Positions 1 to 9,557 of a stretch of DNA of 64,000 nt are shown here, one piece after another. Position 1 is the first letter of the stretch. Every line of letters starts with the position of its first letter. Under the pieces are notes generated by a model that saw only the letters and a list, made by a program, of their open reading frames with translations, made no database searches and was not told the origin of the DNA. Both the position numbers and the translations under genes were made by a program. Source of the stretch: Candidatus Bathyarchaeota archaeon (GTDB lineage: Archaea > Thermoproteota > Bathyarchaeia > TCS64); assembly GCA_963771885.1 (NCBI GenBank), contig CAVYVF010000023.1, forward strand, positions 512,001 through 576,000. Reading direction: 5' to 3'.

Positions 1-243
1 AGATTTTTTTAAAAGCTTTTTCAGCCCCATGGGGCTCTTCATTTCCCTGCCGCGCACCGTGAGCACACCGATTCCGTATGCGCAATGAGGCTGGTGGATA
101 AGGGCAAGATAGTGATAGAGGTCGCATACTGAGCCTCACTGCTCAACTTACTGGTCATAGCCTTGATCACCCCATAATTTTTCTTCTAGTTGAGACGCCT
201 TTTCGCCAATCGTCAACTTTAACCGTCGCTGAATCATCATTTG

Positions 244-699
244 ATGGGACCAGGTTTGTCCGACGATGTTACTGCTAGGGTGCTCGAGGAGTACCTGAAG
301 GACTCCCGCCAGTCAATAAGGGAGGTGGCGAGGAAGGTGGGCGTCTCCTCGGGGACCGTCGCCAGCCGTCTCAAGGAGATGCAGGATGCGGGTGTCATAC
401 GCCGCTACTCCGCCATACTTGATTATGAAAAACTCGGCTACGAACTTACCGCCATAACTGAAGTGACCGTCTCCGATGGCAAGATGATAGAAGTCTGCGA
501 GACTGTTGCCAAGATGAGCCAGGCTACCGGCGTTTACAACGTCACCGGCGACGCCGATATAATGATCGTCGGCAAGTTCAAGAACAGGAGGGAACTCAGC
601 GACTTCACCAAGAAACTCCTCACAATCCCCCACGTGCAGAGGACGAAGACCCACCTCGTCCTCAACACGATGAAGGAAGACTTCAGCTTAATACCTTAG
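244..699 (+). CDS. Lrp/AsnC family transcriptional regulator
   Basis: N-terminal HTH (DSRQSIREVARKVGVSSGTVASRL) and RAM domain (VYNVTGDADI...RTKTHLVL). Confidence 0.93.
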   Translation: MGPGLSDDVTARVLEEYLKDSRQSIREVARKVGVSSGTVASRLKEMQDAGVIRRYSAILDYEKLGYELTAITEVTVSDGKMIEVCETVAKMSQATGVYNVTGDADIMIVGKFKNRRELSDFTKKLLTIPHVQRTKTHLVLNTMKEDFSLIP

Positions 700-703
700 T
701 CTT

Positions 704-950
704 GGGGTTAATGGGGCGCCGCGCCGTGAGGCGCGGCAGAGAGAGTGCCCAGGCGTCGTCGCCGCGGGTGACCCCGTGTCTTCTTCCCGCCTCCGTTACC
801 GGGGGCGGCCATGCATGCACCGGATTTCACCCGGGGAGTGCTCGTTCCTCGGCAAGCCAAAGCCAACCTTGGTCTTCGCGGCCCACTCCCCGCAGCTCTT
901 CGGTTTCGGGGTTTTTCACCGCTTTTCCCCTTACCCGACTCCACCTGAGC
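704..950 (-). ncRNA. Candidate stand-alone structured RNA, family unassigned
   Basis: Lies between convergent genes; several nested GC-rich stems; purine-rich loops on the minus strand; TATA-like TATTTATT on the minus strand at 979-972. Confidence 0.6.
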
Positions 951-1061
951 AATATTTCCACGGAACCGCCAAATAAATACCTAATCCGGCACACACGGGC
1001 GCTCAGATCCCTTACCACTAATGAAGGAAGCTTCTAGGTGCAGAAAACTGGAATATATGTT

Positions 1062-2120
1062 CTAGGGCTTAAGGTAGCCCTTGAGGTACTGCTTCATGGG
1101 CCTGCCTAGTGCGGCCTCGACGGGGTCGTATATCTCGGGGTACCTGTTGCCGTCGCCCACTTTTATCCGCTCCTTGGGCACGGTGACGACGTAGACGGTG
1201 TCGCCCTTCCTTAGAGCGGCGCTGGTGACGGGGTCGCCGTCGCCGTTGAATGTCGTCATGAGGTCGGGGAACGTCATTATGCGTTTCCCACCCTTCTCGA
1301 GGGTCATGTACTCATTAACGTAGCCAAGCTCCCACGTCTCCTTGCCCTTAACCGTCATGAAGCCGACGTCGAAGCCGCCGCGGGCCTCGTTAGTCATCTC
1401 CGTGATCTTGCCCTTCTCGAGGAGCTGGCCGCCGAGGAACTTTGCAGCAGCCTTGACGGCTGCCTCGCCCTTCTTCTCCTTTAGGTAGACGTTGCCGAGG
1501 TCTATCGCCTGCTGTATTGCACCAGGTGCGCCGTGCTCTAGACACCACTCAACGGGTATTGGGTCGCGCGCCATAGCGATGAGGGCCTTACAGTCCCCAG
1601 CCATAAAGCGTATCTGGTTACTCGTCCTCTGCAGGGTGCCCCAAGCTACCATTTCGGCTCCCTCCGTGGCGCCCGCCTTGACGGAATTGTACTCTATGCG
1701 GTGCATGCCCATGCTACCCATCATCGCGGTCGGGTGGGCGCGGCCGTCGCCGGGTATGTCGACGACCGGCAGCCCGAGCGCCGCGGCGGGTATCCAGCCT
1801 CCGAAGCTGTTCTGGCCCCCGTTCTCCGCGGCGATGACGCCATCGAACTCGACGCCCGCCTCCCAGAGCATCTGGACTGCGCGTATGAAGTGGCGAGACT
1901 TGGTCTCACCTTTCTGGGTCGGGGCGCCGAGAGCGGCGACGGTGATCACATTCCACTCGGGTGGCGTCTCCTCTGGGCTCCAAAGCTCGACTCCGCCGAG
2001 CTCCATCGCGAGCTTGCCCGAAGCGCGCCCCTCGTCTGGCCAACCTCCTCCGCCGCCTCCCAGTATGGTGCCGCCGATCGTGAGTGCCTCAACATCTTCA
2101 TATGTGATCTTTCTTGGCAA
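1062..2120 (-). CDS. DUF917 family protein
   Basis: GGTILGGGGGG, E-x-GG-x-N, D-x-x-GDGRAHP and NEY...TFPDL motifs typical of DUF917. Confidence 0.85.
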   Translation of the reverse strand: MPRKITYEDVEALTIGGTILGGGGGGWPDEGRASGKLAMELGGVELWSPEETPPEWNVITVAALGAPTQKGETKSRHFIRAVQMLWEAGVEFDGVIAAENGGQNSFGGWIPAAALGLPVVDIPGDGRAHPTAMMGSMGMHRIEYNSVKAGATEGAEMVAWGTLQRTSNQIRFMAGDCKALIAMARDPIPVEWCLEHGAPGAIQQAIDLGNVYLKEKKGEAAVKAAAKFLGGQLLEKGKITEMTNEARGGFDVGFMTVKGKETWELGYVNEYMTLEKGGKRIMTFPDLMTTFNGDGDPVTSAALRKGDTVYVVTVPKERIKVGDGNRYPEIYDPVEAALGRPMKQYLKGYLKP

Positions 2121-2203
2121 TGCTATCAGGGTAGAAGACCCCTATTGTGGATATAACGTCAACCATCGAATACGCTAAACGCGCGTGAGGCACAGAATCC
2201 TTC

Positions 2204-2488
2204 ATGGTCGGCACACGTAGGTACGTCGTCATTGATGACCGCGACAACGTCGCCACGGTCGTTGAGACGCTCAGGAAAGGTGAGGTCGTCGAGGTTGGCG
2301 GCGCCAGGCTCAGGCTGCTAAGGGACATCCCTGAAGGGCACAAGTTCGCGCTCGCCAAGATACCGAAGGGCGACTACGTCGTCAAGTACGGCGAGTGGAT
2401 TGGTAGAGCGACCGCAGACATAGCCGCAGGCGACCACGCACACGTCCAGAACGTCGAGGACATAGTCGACGAGGTGAGGAAGCTATGA
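2204..2488 (+). CDS. UxaA-family dehydratase/lyase small (SAF) subunit
   Basis: DNVAT, IPEGHKFAL, VVKYGEWIG, HAHVQN motifs. Confidence 0.9.
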   Translation: MVGTRRYVVIDDRDNVATVVETLRKGEVVEVGGARLRLLRDIPEGHKFALAKIPKGDYVVKYGEWIGRATADIAAGDHAHVQNVEDIVDEVRKL

Positions 2489-3637
2489 GAACCACATTCA
2501 AAGGCTATCGCCGTGCAGACGGGCGGGTAGGCGTCCGCAACTACGTTGCTGTGGTACCAACTGTCCTCTGTAGCGTCTCAGTCGCGAGAAGCATCGCCGA
2601 GGCGACGAAGACAAACGCCTTCCCACACGAGGGGGGATGTGGGCAGGTCGGCCCAGAAAAGGATCACACCCTACGGGTACTGCAGGGCGTGGTCAGCCAC
2701 CCCAACATCGGTGCTGTCCTCACCGTCGGGCTGAGCTGCGAGCAGATAGATGCCAAAAAACTCGCCGAGGCGGCAGGGGATAAGCCGACCCGCAATATCA
2801 GGATACATGACGCCGGCGGCAACATGAAGGCGGTTAAGAAGGGTATAGAACTCGTCAAGGAGCTCAAGACGGAGATATGCGGGCGCCAAAAGGACGCGGA
2901 TAGACGTCGCGGAGCTCACCATCGCCACACAGTGCGGGAGCAGCGACACCGGCTCAGGCATCGCCTCCAACCCTGCGGTAGGTGCCATGGCGGACAGGCA
3001 CATCGAGCATGGAGGCGCCGTAATCCTCGGGGAGACCGGTGGACTCTACGGCGCAGCAGGCCTCATGGCGAGGAGGGCCGCCACCAAGGAGATAGGAGAC
3101 GAGATAATCGCGATGACCGACAGGCTCGAGGAGTACTACAGGCGGATGGGTCGCAGCCTCCGTGAGGGTAACCCGACTCCAGGCAACATCGCAGGCGGCC
3201 TCACGACGCTAGTGGAGAAGAGTCTCGGCGGCGTCAGGAAGGGCGGTACAACCATGATACAGGGCGTCCTCGGCCCCGGCGAGAGGATAACGGGCAAGGG
3301 GCTCTGGGTGATGAACACTAGCCACGGCATCGGCAGCTGCGCCGCCGCTGACATGCTCGCTTCAGGGGCACAGCTACTCGCCTACACGACAGGCGGCGGA
3401 AACCCCATAGGTAACCCACTCGCCCCCGTCGTCAAGATCACAGCCACGAGGCGGACCATAGAACGCCTCGACGACATAATCGACTTCGACGCGAGCCCGG
3501 TCCTCCGAGGAGATGAGACAGTCAAGCAATGTGGCGACCGCCTCCTGAACTCCATAATAACATTCGCAAATGGGAGGAAGGTGCAGGCTGAGAAGACGCG
3601 CCACACAGCCTTCGCAATCGGCGACGTGACGCTATAA
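2485..3637 (+). CDS. UxaA-family (altronate dehydratase/SuyB-like) large subunit, frameshift near 2878
   Basis: GYRRADGRVGVRN, HEGGCGQ, GLSCE in the first frame; QCGSSD, GNPTPGNIAGGLTTLVEKSLG, YTTGGG in the second. Confidence 0.88.
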
Positions 3638-3651
3638 GAAAAATGAGTCAG

Positions 3652-5751
3652 CTAGTAGCCGGGGAAGCGTCCCCTTTTTTCGAGCTCGAGGAGGGCCGCC
3701 CACTCCGTCGCGGCGTCCTTCTGCAGGAACTCAAGCTGCCCCTCGGTCAGGTGACGGAAACGCCCCTGAGGTTTAAGGTACTCCGCGATTGGGCGGAGCT
3801 CCTTAGGCTTAAGGTTGAGCTTGAAATTGCCCTCATCGATCTCCATCAGTGGCCAGGCCCCCGTCTGGACGGCGAGCTTGCCGATCTCCACGGTCTTGTT
3901 CTCTGGGAAGTACCAGCCGGTCGCGCATGGTTGGTGGACATGGAGGAAGGCGAGGCCTTTCCCCGCCTTCGTCACCTCGACCGCCTTCTTTATCTTCCTC
4001 TCTAGGTCGGGGAGGTAACTGAGACTCGCGGTGGCGATGTAGGGGATTCTGTGTGCCGCCATTATCATCTCGAGGTTCTTGCGCCTCACCTGCTTTCCGA
4101 GAATCACCTTGCCCGCCGGCGTCGTCGTGGTGGCGCTGAAGAGAGGCGTAGAGCCGCTGCGCTGTATGCCCGTGTTCATGTAGGCCTCGTTGTCGTAGCA
4201 GAGCCACATGATTGGCTCACCGCGCTCCGCTGCGCCGGATAGACTCTGTAGCCCGATGTCCGCGGTTCCGCCGTCTCCAGCGAAGCTGGTTATATAGACC
4301 TTGTCCGCCTTGCCCTTCTTCTTCATGGCGCGATAGACGCCTGTCTCGTAGGCTGCCGCTGCCGCGAAGTTTGCGAGTATCCAGGGGACGCGTACGGCTT
4401 GGCCGTAGTTGACTCCGCTGCAACTCGGTGGGTTGATGACTATCGTGTTGGGGCCGAGTACCTTGAGGAGGTGTCTGACGATTATGCTGGCTCCGCAGCC
4501 CGCGCAGCCATCGCTTGCAGGGTATATGGGCTCGTCCCAGTCGAGCTGGACGGGCTTGTTCATCGGCGACATCTTGTGCTCGATGAACTCGACCTCCCTC
4601 TCGACCTTCTTCGCTTTGGCGACCGCGAGAACCTTCTTACCCATAAGGTACATGTCATCGATTGGTATGTCCTCGCCGCCCATGCCGGTGACGAAACCCT
4701 GTATCGGGATCTTGACGCCGCTGTTGTAGAGGGCACCTTTAACATCCTGGAATGCTCCTCCACCGCGGGTGCCGTGGTTCATCATGCGGTCGACAACGCC
4801 TATCGCCTTGGCATTGCTTGCGATCTCCCTGATCTCTGTGTCGGGGAACGGACGCATGAAGCGGAGCTTGACTAGGCCTATCTTCTCGCCCTCGGCGCGT
4901 AGCTTGTCAATGGCGCGGCGACCTGCGGTCGTCATGCTGCCCATCGTTACGAGTAACGCCTCGGCGCCCTCAGTCTTATACTCCTCAACGAGTCCGCCGT
5001 AGCTACGACCGAAGGTCTTGGCGAAGCTCGCATCTACCTCCTTGATCACTTGCCTACTGTCCTGGAGTATCTCCTCGTAGATGCGCCTCATCGGGGTGTG
5101 CATCGTCGGTGGGATGCTGGCGGTGGGGAATTTGTCATTGATTGTGGGGTCAATTGGGTACGGCGCCTTGTAGGGTGGGAGCCACTTGTCGACGACCTCC
5201 TGGTCGGGCATCCAGACTCTCTCCTGGCTGTAGCTAAGGAAGAAACCGTCAAGGCTCATCATCGTCGGGAGCAATACGCGATAATCCTCCGCAATCTTGT
5301 AGAGCTGGAGGGTCATATCTAGAACCTCCTGGTTGCTCTCGGCGAAGTTTACTAGGTAGCCGAGGTTTAACTCGGGCATGATGTCGCTGTAATCAGGGCC
5401 TAGGCTCCAGTACCAACCGAGAGTCCTGTTGCTTACGCCTAGCAGTAGCGGGGTGCGGTAGTTGACCGCCTGCGCCACGCACTCATGCATGTAGGCGAGG
5501 CCTTGGCTGCAGGTGCTGGTAAAGACACGCGCCCCAGCAAGGGCGGCGCCCACCGCCATCGCCATACAGCTATGCTCGCCGTCTGCATGTATGTACTCGG
5601 CGTCGAGCTCACCGTTGGCGACGAACTCGGCTAGGTACTCAATGATCGTTGTCTGGGGCGTGATTGGGTAGGCGGGTATGACCTCCACCCTCGCGAGCTT
5701 GACGCCGTATGCCAGTGCCTTGTTGCCCTGTATTACGTCAAAGTCTGCCAT
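3652..5751 (-). CDS. 2-oxoacid:ferredoxin oxidoreductase, fused alpha+beta subunit (PorA-PorB type)
   Basis: Alpha motifs AYPITPQT, T-x-SQGL; beta motifs CAGCG, GDGGTADIG, YDNEAYMNTGIQRS, PCATGW in one ORF. Confidence 0.92.
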   Translation of the reverse strand: MADFDVIQGNKALAYGVKLARVEVIPAYPITPQTTIIEYLAEFVANGELDAEYIHADGEHSCMAMAVGAALAGARVFTSTCSQGLAYMHECVAQAVNYRTPLLLGVSNRTLGWYWSLGPDYSDIMPELNLGYLVNFAESNQEVLDMTLQLYKIAEDYRVLLPTMMSLDGFFLSYSQERVWMPDQEVVDKWLPPYKAPYPIDPTINDKFPTASIPPTMHTPMRRIYEEILQDSRQVIKEVDASFAKTFGRSYGGLVEEYKTEGAEALLVTMGSMTTAGRRAIDKLRAEGEKIGLVKLRFMRPFPDTEIREIASNAKAIGVVDRMMNHGTRGGGAFQDVKGALYNSGVKIPIQGFVTGMGGEDIPIDDMYLMGKKVLAVAKAKKVEREVEFIEHKMSPMNKPVQLDWDEPIYPASDGCAGCGASIIVRHLLKVLGPNTIVINPPSCSGVNYGQAVRVPWILANFAAAAAYETGVYRAMKKKGKADKVYITSFAGDGGTADIGLQSLSGAAERGEPIMWLCYDNEAYMNTGIQRSGSTPLFSATTTTPAGKVILGKQVRRKNLEMIMAAHRIPYIATASLSYLPDLERKIKKAVEVTKAGKGLAFLHVHQPCATGWYFPENKTVEIGKLAVQTGAWPLMEIDEGNFKLNLKPKELRPIAEYLKPQGRFRHLTEGQLEFLQKDAATEWAALLELEKRGRFPGY

Positions 5752-6027
5752 CTACGCAACCTCCTTCTTCATTTCTATCGCCTTTGAGGGACACTCGTTG
5801 GCGCATACGCCGCAGCCCTTGCAGAAGCGCATGTCGATCTTGGGCTTGACCTTCGGCTTGCCAGTGATGGCTGCCTCGGGGCAAATGGTGGCGCATAAGC
5901 CACATGCGACGCACTTCGACTCATCGATCACTGGCATTAGCACACGCCAGTTCCCAACGTACTGGCCTCCCCTAATGGATGTGTCCATCAGGGCGAATCC
6001 CTTGATTACACTCTTATCCTGGCTCAC
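5752..6027 (-). CDS. porD: 2-oxoacid:ferredoxin oxidoreductase delta subunit
   Basis: GNWR-x-x-x-P and two CxxCxxCxxxCP motifs. Confidence 0.9.
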   Translation of the reverse strand: MSQDKSVIKGFALMDTSIRGGQYVGNWRVLMPVIDESKCVACGLCATICPEAAITGKPKVKPKIDMRFCKGCGVCANECPSKAIEMKKEVA

Positions 6028-6584
6028 AGCGTCTTCACCTCAACCGTATCGTACCCCATCTTTACCGCGCCCTTGTTCGTCGCGGCGAGCTTCGCGGGGA
6101 ACCTCTTATCTATCGCCTTGTCGATGGACTCAATTTTCAGGAGACCGGTCGCTTTGGCGAATGCACCTAGCATCACCGTGTTAGGGATGGGGCGCCCTAT
6201 GACGCGCTGGGCTATCCCCGTCGCATCCACGACGGCAATCTTTCCTAGCTTCGCTTTGAATAGCTTCACAGCCTCGTCCGCTTTCTTCGTAGTATTGTAG
6301 ATAACAACACCACCTGGGACTAAGCCAGTTGTGACGTCCATGATCTCCGGCATCGGTGGGTCAAGCACAATAAGGTACTTGGGGTAGTAGATCATGGATC
6401 GGGTCGCCTCTGACTCATCCCCTATCTGGGCGAAGGCGAGCACCGGGGCGCCACGCCTCGCGGACCCGTACATGGGGAAAGCTCTGCAGAACTTGCCCTC
6501 GTAAGAGGCGGCAATCGCGATGAGCTCACCGGCAGCGACGACGCCTTGGCCGCCCTGACCGTGGAGCCTAATTTCCTCTACCAT
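6024..6584 (-). CDS. porG: 2-oxoacid:ferredoxin oxidoreductase gamma subunit
   Basis: EIRLHGQGGQGVV, FPMYGSARRGAP, PNTVMLGA. Confidence 0.92.
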   Translation of the reverse strand: MVEEIRLHGQGGQGVVAAGELIAIAASYEGKFCRAFPMYGSARRGAPVLAFAQIGDESEATRSMIYYPKYLIVLDPPMPEIMDVTTGLVPGGVVIYNTTKKADEAVKLFKAKLGKIAVVDATGIAQRVIGRPIPNTVMLGAFAKATGLLKIESIDKAIDKRFPAKLAATNKGAVKMGYDTVEVKTL

Positions 6585-6744
6585 GGTTCAAACCTCATAA
6601 ACAGATACGGGTCGAGGCACAGGACACGGCGAGGCTATGCGGGGCTGCCTTGACCATCCTCGACTCCTTGTGACTTCGATTGTAGGGGTTATAAGGTTTC
6701 TCAGAGTCTGAATATACACTAATTATTCCTAGAGGACTTATGAG

Positions 6745-7998
6745 GTGGGCGTAACCGTTATTATCGCGGCGGCGTTAGCGTCTTCGATCGCCTTGCTAGA
6801 CTCCAAGAAGTTCTACTCGAAGCTCGGCAACATGTTCCCGCCTGGTGAGATGAATTCGATACTCCTCCCCAAGCCCGGGGTGAAGATGATCAGGTTCACC
6901 GGCGGCAGCTATGACGTCCCCAGCCTCCCCACGGCGGAGGTTAAGCAAATATTCGCCGAAGCCTCGCCGCAGGCGTGGGCCGAGATGCTCCAGTACGGAG
7001 GCACAGCGGGCATGCCCTCCCTCCTAAAGGAGCTATCAACGTTTATGGCGGGTCACAAGATCAAGGCCGACCCAGCAAAGGAGATCATAGTCACGACGGG
7101 CAGCCAGGAGGCGATCGAGCTCGTCAGCAGAGTCTTCGTCAACAAGGGGGACAACATACTCATCGGCGCCCCCACATACCTGCAGGCGCTATCCGCCTTC
7201 AAGGCCGAGTACCCAAAGTTCGTCGACATACCCATCGATGCCGACGGCATGGACACACAAGTGCTCGAGGAGAAGCTGAAAAAACTCAAGGCGAACGGCA
7301 AGAAGGCAAAGCTCCTCTACATAATACCCAGCTTCCAGAACCCGGACAGCAGCCTCATGACGATGGAGCGCCGTAAGGCGGTGCTAGAGCTCGCCGAGGC
7401 GCACGACTTCATAATCTTCGAGGACAACCCCTACGGCTACATTAGCTTCGAGGGGCCGATGCCGACGCCCCTTTCGGGGATGGACAAGTCGGGCCGAGTC
7501 ATGTACACGAGCACGTTCAGTAAGATGGTGTCACCGGGAATGAGGATCGGGTGGATCACGGCTAACCCCGACTTCACAGGTCACATGATAGAGGCGAAGA
7601 ACAATATCAGCATCTGCAACGACGGGCTAAGCCAGTACGCCGCCGCAGAGCTCTTCAAGCGCGGCGATGTCGACCGCCAGATACCTAAGGTCACAAAGGT
7701 CTACAGAAAGAAGAGGGACGTAATGCTCGAGGCTATGGAGACGAGCTTTCCCAGGAAAGCTAAGTGGGAGACGCCAAAGGGTGGCCTCTTCCTCTGGGTC
7801 AAGACGCCGAGGAGCTTCAACGCCTCGGCCATGCTGAAGGACGCCGTCGCCAAGGGCGTCGCATTCGTCCCCGGGAGCCTGTTCTTCTCCAAGCCTGTCC
7901 ACAACTACATGCGTCTCAACTACAGTCTCCCCACCGAAGAGGAGATAGTGACGGGCATACAGGTGTTAGGCAGGCTCCTCAAGGAGAAGCTCCAGTAG
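6745..7998 (+). CDS. PLP-dependent class I aminotransferase (LysN/aromatic aminotransferase-like); start uncertain
   Basis: LQYG, TTGSQEA, PSFQNP, EDNPY, TFSKMVSPGMRIGW (PLP lysine). Confidence 0.92.
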   Translation: MGVTVIIAAALASSIALLDSKKFYSKLGNMFPPGEMNSILLPKPGVKMIRFTGGSYDVPSLPTAEVKQIFAEASPQAWAEMLQYGGTAGMPSLLKELSTFMAGHKIKADPAKEIIVTTGSQEAIELVSRVFVNKGDNILIGAPTYLQALSAFKAEYPKFVDIPIDADGMDTQVLEEKLKKLKANGKKAKLLYIIPSFQNPDSSLMTMERRKAVLELAEAHDFIIFEDNPYGYISFEGPMPTPLSGMDKSGRVMYTSTFSKMVSPGMRIGWITANPDFTGHMIEAKNNISICNDGLSQYAAAELFKRGDVDRQIPKVTKVYRKKRDVMLEAMETSFPRKAKWETPKGGLFLWVKTPRSFNASAMLKDAVAKGVAFVPGSLFFSKPVHNYMRLNYSLPTEEEIVTGIQVLGRLLKEKLQ

Positions 7999-8007
7999 AG
8001 TCGGGGG

Positions 8008-8580
8008 GTGTTTCCCTTGGTAAGCGCCCTTATCGTCTATGGGACCCGCCTCGGCACGACGGCTGGCACCTCCGAGGAGATCGCCAATGTTCTCCGCGAG
8101 GAGGGGCTTGAGGTAAGCGTTGTTGACGCCAAGAAAGAGAAAGTCAAGGTGGTTGCCGAGTACGACCTCGTTATCGTCGGCAGCGGGATAGCGATGGGCA
8201 AGTGGACGAGCGAGCCCGAGGACTTCCTGAAGAGGTTCAGAGGGGAGTTAGCTAGTAAGAAAGTGGCGCTATTCGTCTCATGTGGTTCCGCATCTCCTTC
8301 GCCCACCGCTAAGCCCGAGGCACTTGCGCTTGCGAAGAAGAATTATCTCGACGACAAGGCAGCCCTGTACGGGCTGAACCCCGTCGCACTCGGCTTCTTC
8401 GGGGCCGCCTACGACTACAACAACATGCCATGGTGGGCGAGTATGTTCATGAACGCCGCAAAGAAGGACTTTATTGCATCCGGCGCAAAGGAGACGAAAC
8501 CCGGCTTCTACGACTCAAGGGACTGGGACGCCATCCGAAGCTGGGCGCGCGAACTCGCGGCTAAGGCACGCTCCCGCTAA
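8008..8580 (+). CDS. Flavodoxin-domain protein (HemG-like)
   Basis: LIVYGTRLGTT FMN loop; DSRDWDAIRSWA C-terminus. Confidence 0.85.
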   Translation: MFPLVSALIVYGTRLGTTAGTSEEIANVLREEGLEVSVVDAKKEKVKVVAEYDLVIVGSGIAMGKWTSEPEDFLKRFRGELASKKVALFVSCGSASPSPTAKPEALALAKKNYLDDKAALYGLNPVALGFFGAAYDYNNMPWWASMFMNAAKKDFIASGAKETKPGFYDSRDWDAIRSWARELAAKARSR

Positions 8581-8614
8581 CATCCTGATAAGCAACATAG
8601 AACCCTTTTCTCGC

Positions 8615-9193
8615 ATGGTCAAGGTCCTAGGTATATCTGGCAGCCCGCGAAAGGGCGGGAACACGGAGATTCTCGTCAAGACCGCACTCGAAGCGGCGAA
8701 GGGCATGGGTGCAGAGACGGAGATGATCAGGCTCAGCGAGAAGATCGTCGCGCCTTGCGACGGCTGCGCCAGCTGCGCCAAAACGAAGAAGTGTAAGACA
8801 AAGGACGACTTCGCCGAGGTCTTCGAAAAAATGACGGCCGCCGATGCGATCCTCTTCGCGAGCCCGAGCTACTTCGAGTCCGTCACCCCACAGATGAAGG
8901 CACTCATCGACAGGGCGGGCTTCTTCAACAACCGCGCCACGGGGAGGCACGCTTTCGACGGAAAGGTCGGAGGCGCCATGGCGGTCGCCTATAGGACCGG
9001 CCTCGCCACGACGTGGTGCCAGATGCTCATCTTCATACTCGCCCAGAGGATGATCGTCCCCGGAATAGCCAGCTTCCCAAACGCCATCGCCAGCGAGCCC
9101 GGCGACGTCCTAAAGGACAAGGAGGGCATGGATAAGGCAAAGGAGATCGGTGAAGCTATGGCCAAGCTGGCTCAGAGACTCGCCAAAGATTAG
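8615..9193 (+). CDS. Iron-sulfur flavoprotein (Isf/WrbA-like)
   Basis: GSPRKGGNT, CDGCASC-x5-C, ASPSY. Confidence 0.9.
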   Translation: MVKVLGISGSPRKGGNTEILVKTALEAAKGMGAETEMIRLSEKIVAPCDGCASCAKTKKCKTKDDFAEVFEKMTAADAILFASPSYFESVTPQMKALIDRAGFFNNRATGRHAFDGKVGGAMAVAYRTGLATTWCQMLIFILAQRMIVPGIASFPNAIASEPGDVLKDKEGMDKAKEIGEAMAKLAQRLAKD

Positions 9194-9535
9194 TTACTTC
9201 TCGACCTCGAATTGCGGCTCAGGAATAGGAGCAGAGCGATAAGGACCCATCTTATCATAGAGGTCAACCACCGCATTCCTCAGGGCGAGGTCAAGCCTCG
9301 TGAACGGCTTAGCCTCCTTCTGGTACAGAACGGCGCGGTAGGGCTCCAACCTGGCGCTGAGGGTATCCGCGGCGACCTTCACCTCACCCCTCTCCCTCCA
9401 CTGGTAGACCAGACTCCCAACCTCATGCGGTGTCGTCAAGACAGTGACCCTGAAGGAGCCGCTTAGCATCGACTTCGTCCTCTCCAGATCGAGTGGCGTG
9501 TTCCACCTGAATCTGACATGATGATAGGGCTCCAT
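9194..9535 (-). CDS. Hypothetical protein, paralog of 9558..9941
   Basis: Shares PYH-x-x-RFRW-x-x-PLDLE, ADTLSA, PYRAVLYQ-x-E-x-x-PFT-x-x-DL with its neighbour. Confidence 0.8.
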   Translation of the reverse strand: MEPYHHVRFRWNTPLDLERTKSMLSGSFRVTVLTTPHEVGSLVYQWRERGEVKVAADTLSARLEPYRAVLYQKEAKPFTRLDLALRNAVVDLYDKMGPYRSAPIPEPQFEVEK

Positions 9536-9557
9536 AACCTTCAAGTGATTCTTCTCG

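Noticed and set aside
85..138. TGAGGCT...AGCCTCA stem with CTGA, a possible C/D box sRNA
   Set aside because: No convincing box C; it equally reads as a 15-codon remnant (MRLVDKGKIVIEVAY)
704..950. Assignment of the structured element as RNase P RNA, SRP RNA or a cobalamin riboswitch
   Set aside because: No GAGGAA-NNUCC/ACAGAA P4 pair, no CAGG...GGAA...AGCA helix 8, only a fragmentary B12-element likeness, and no downstream gene on the minus strand
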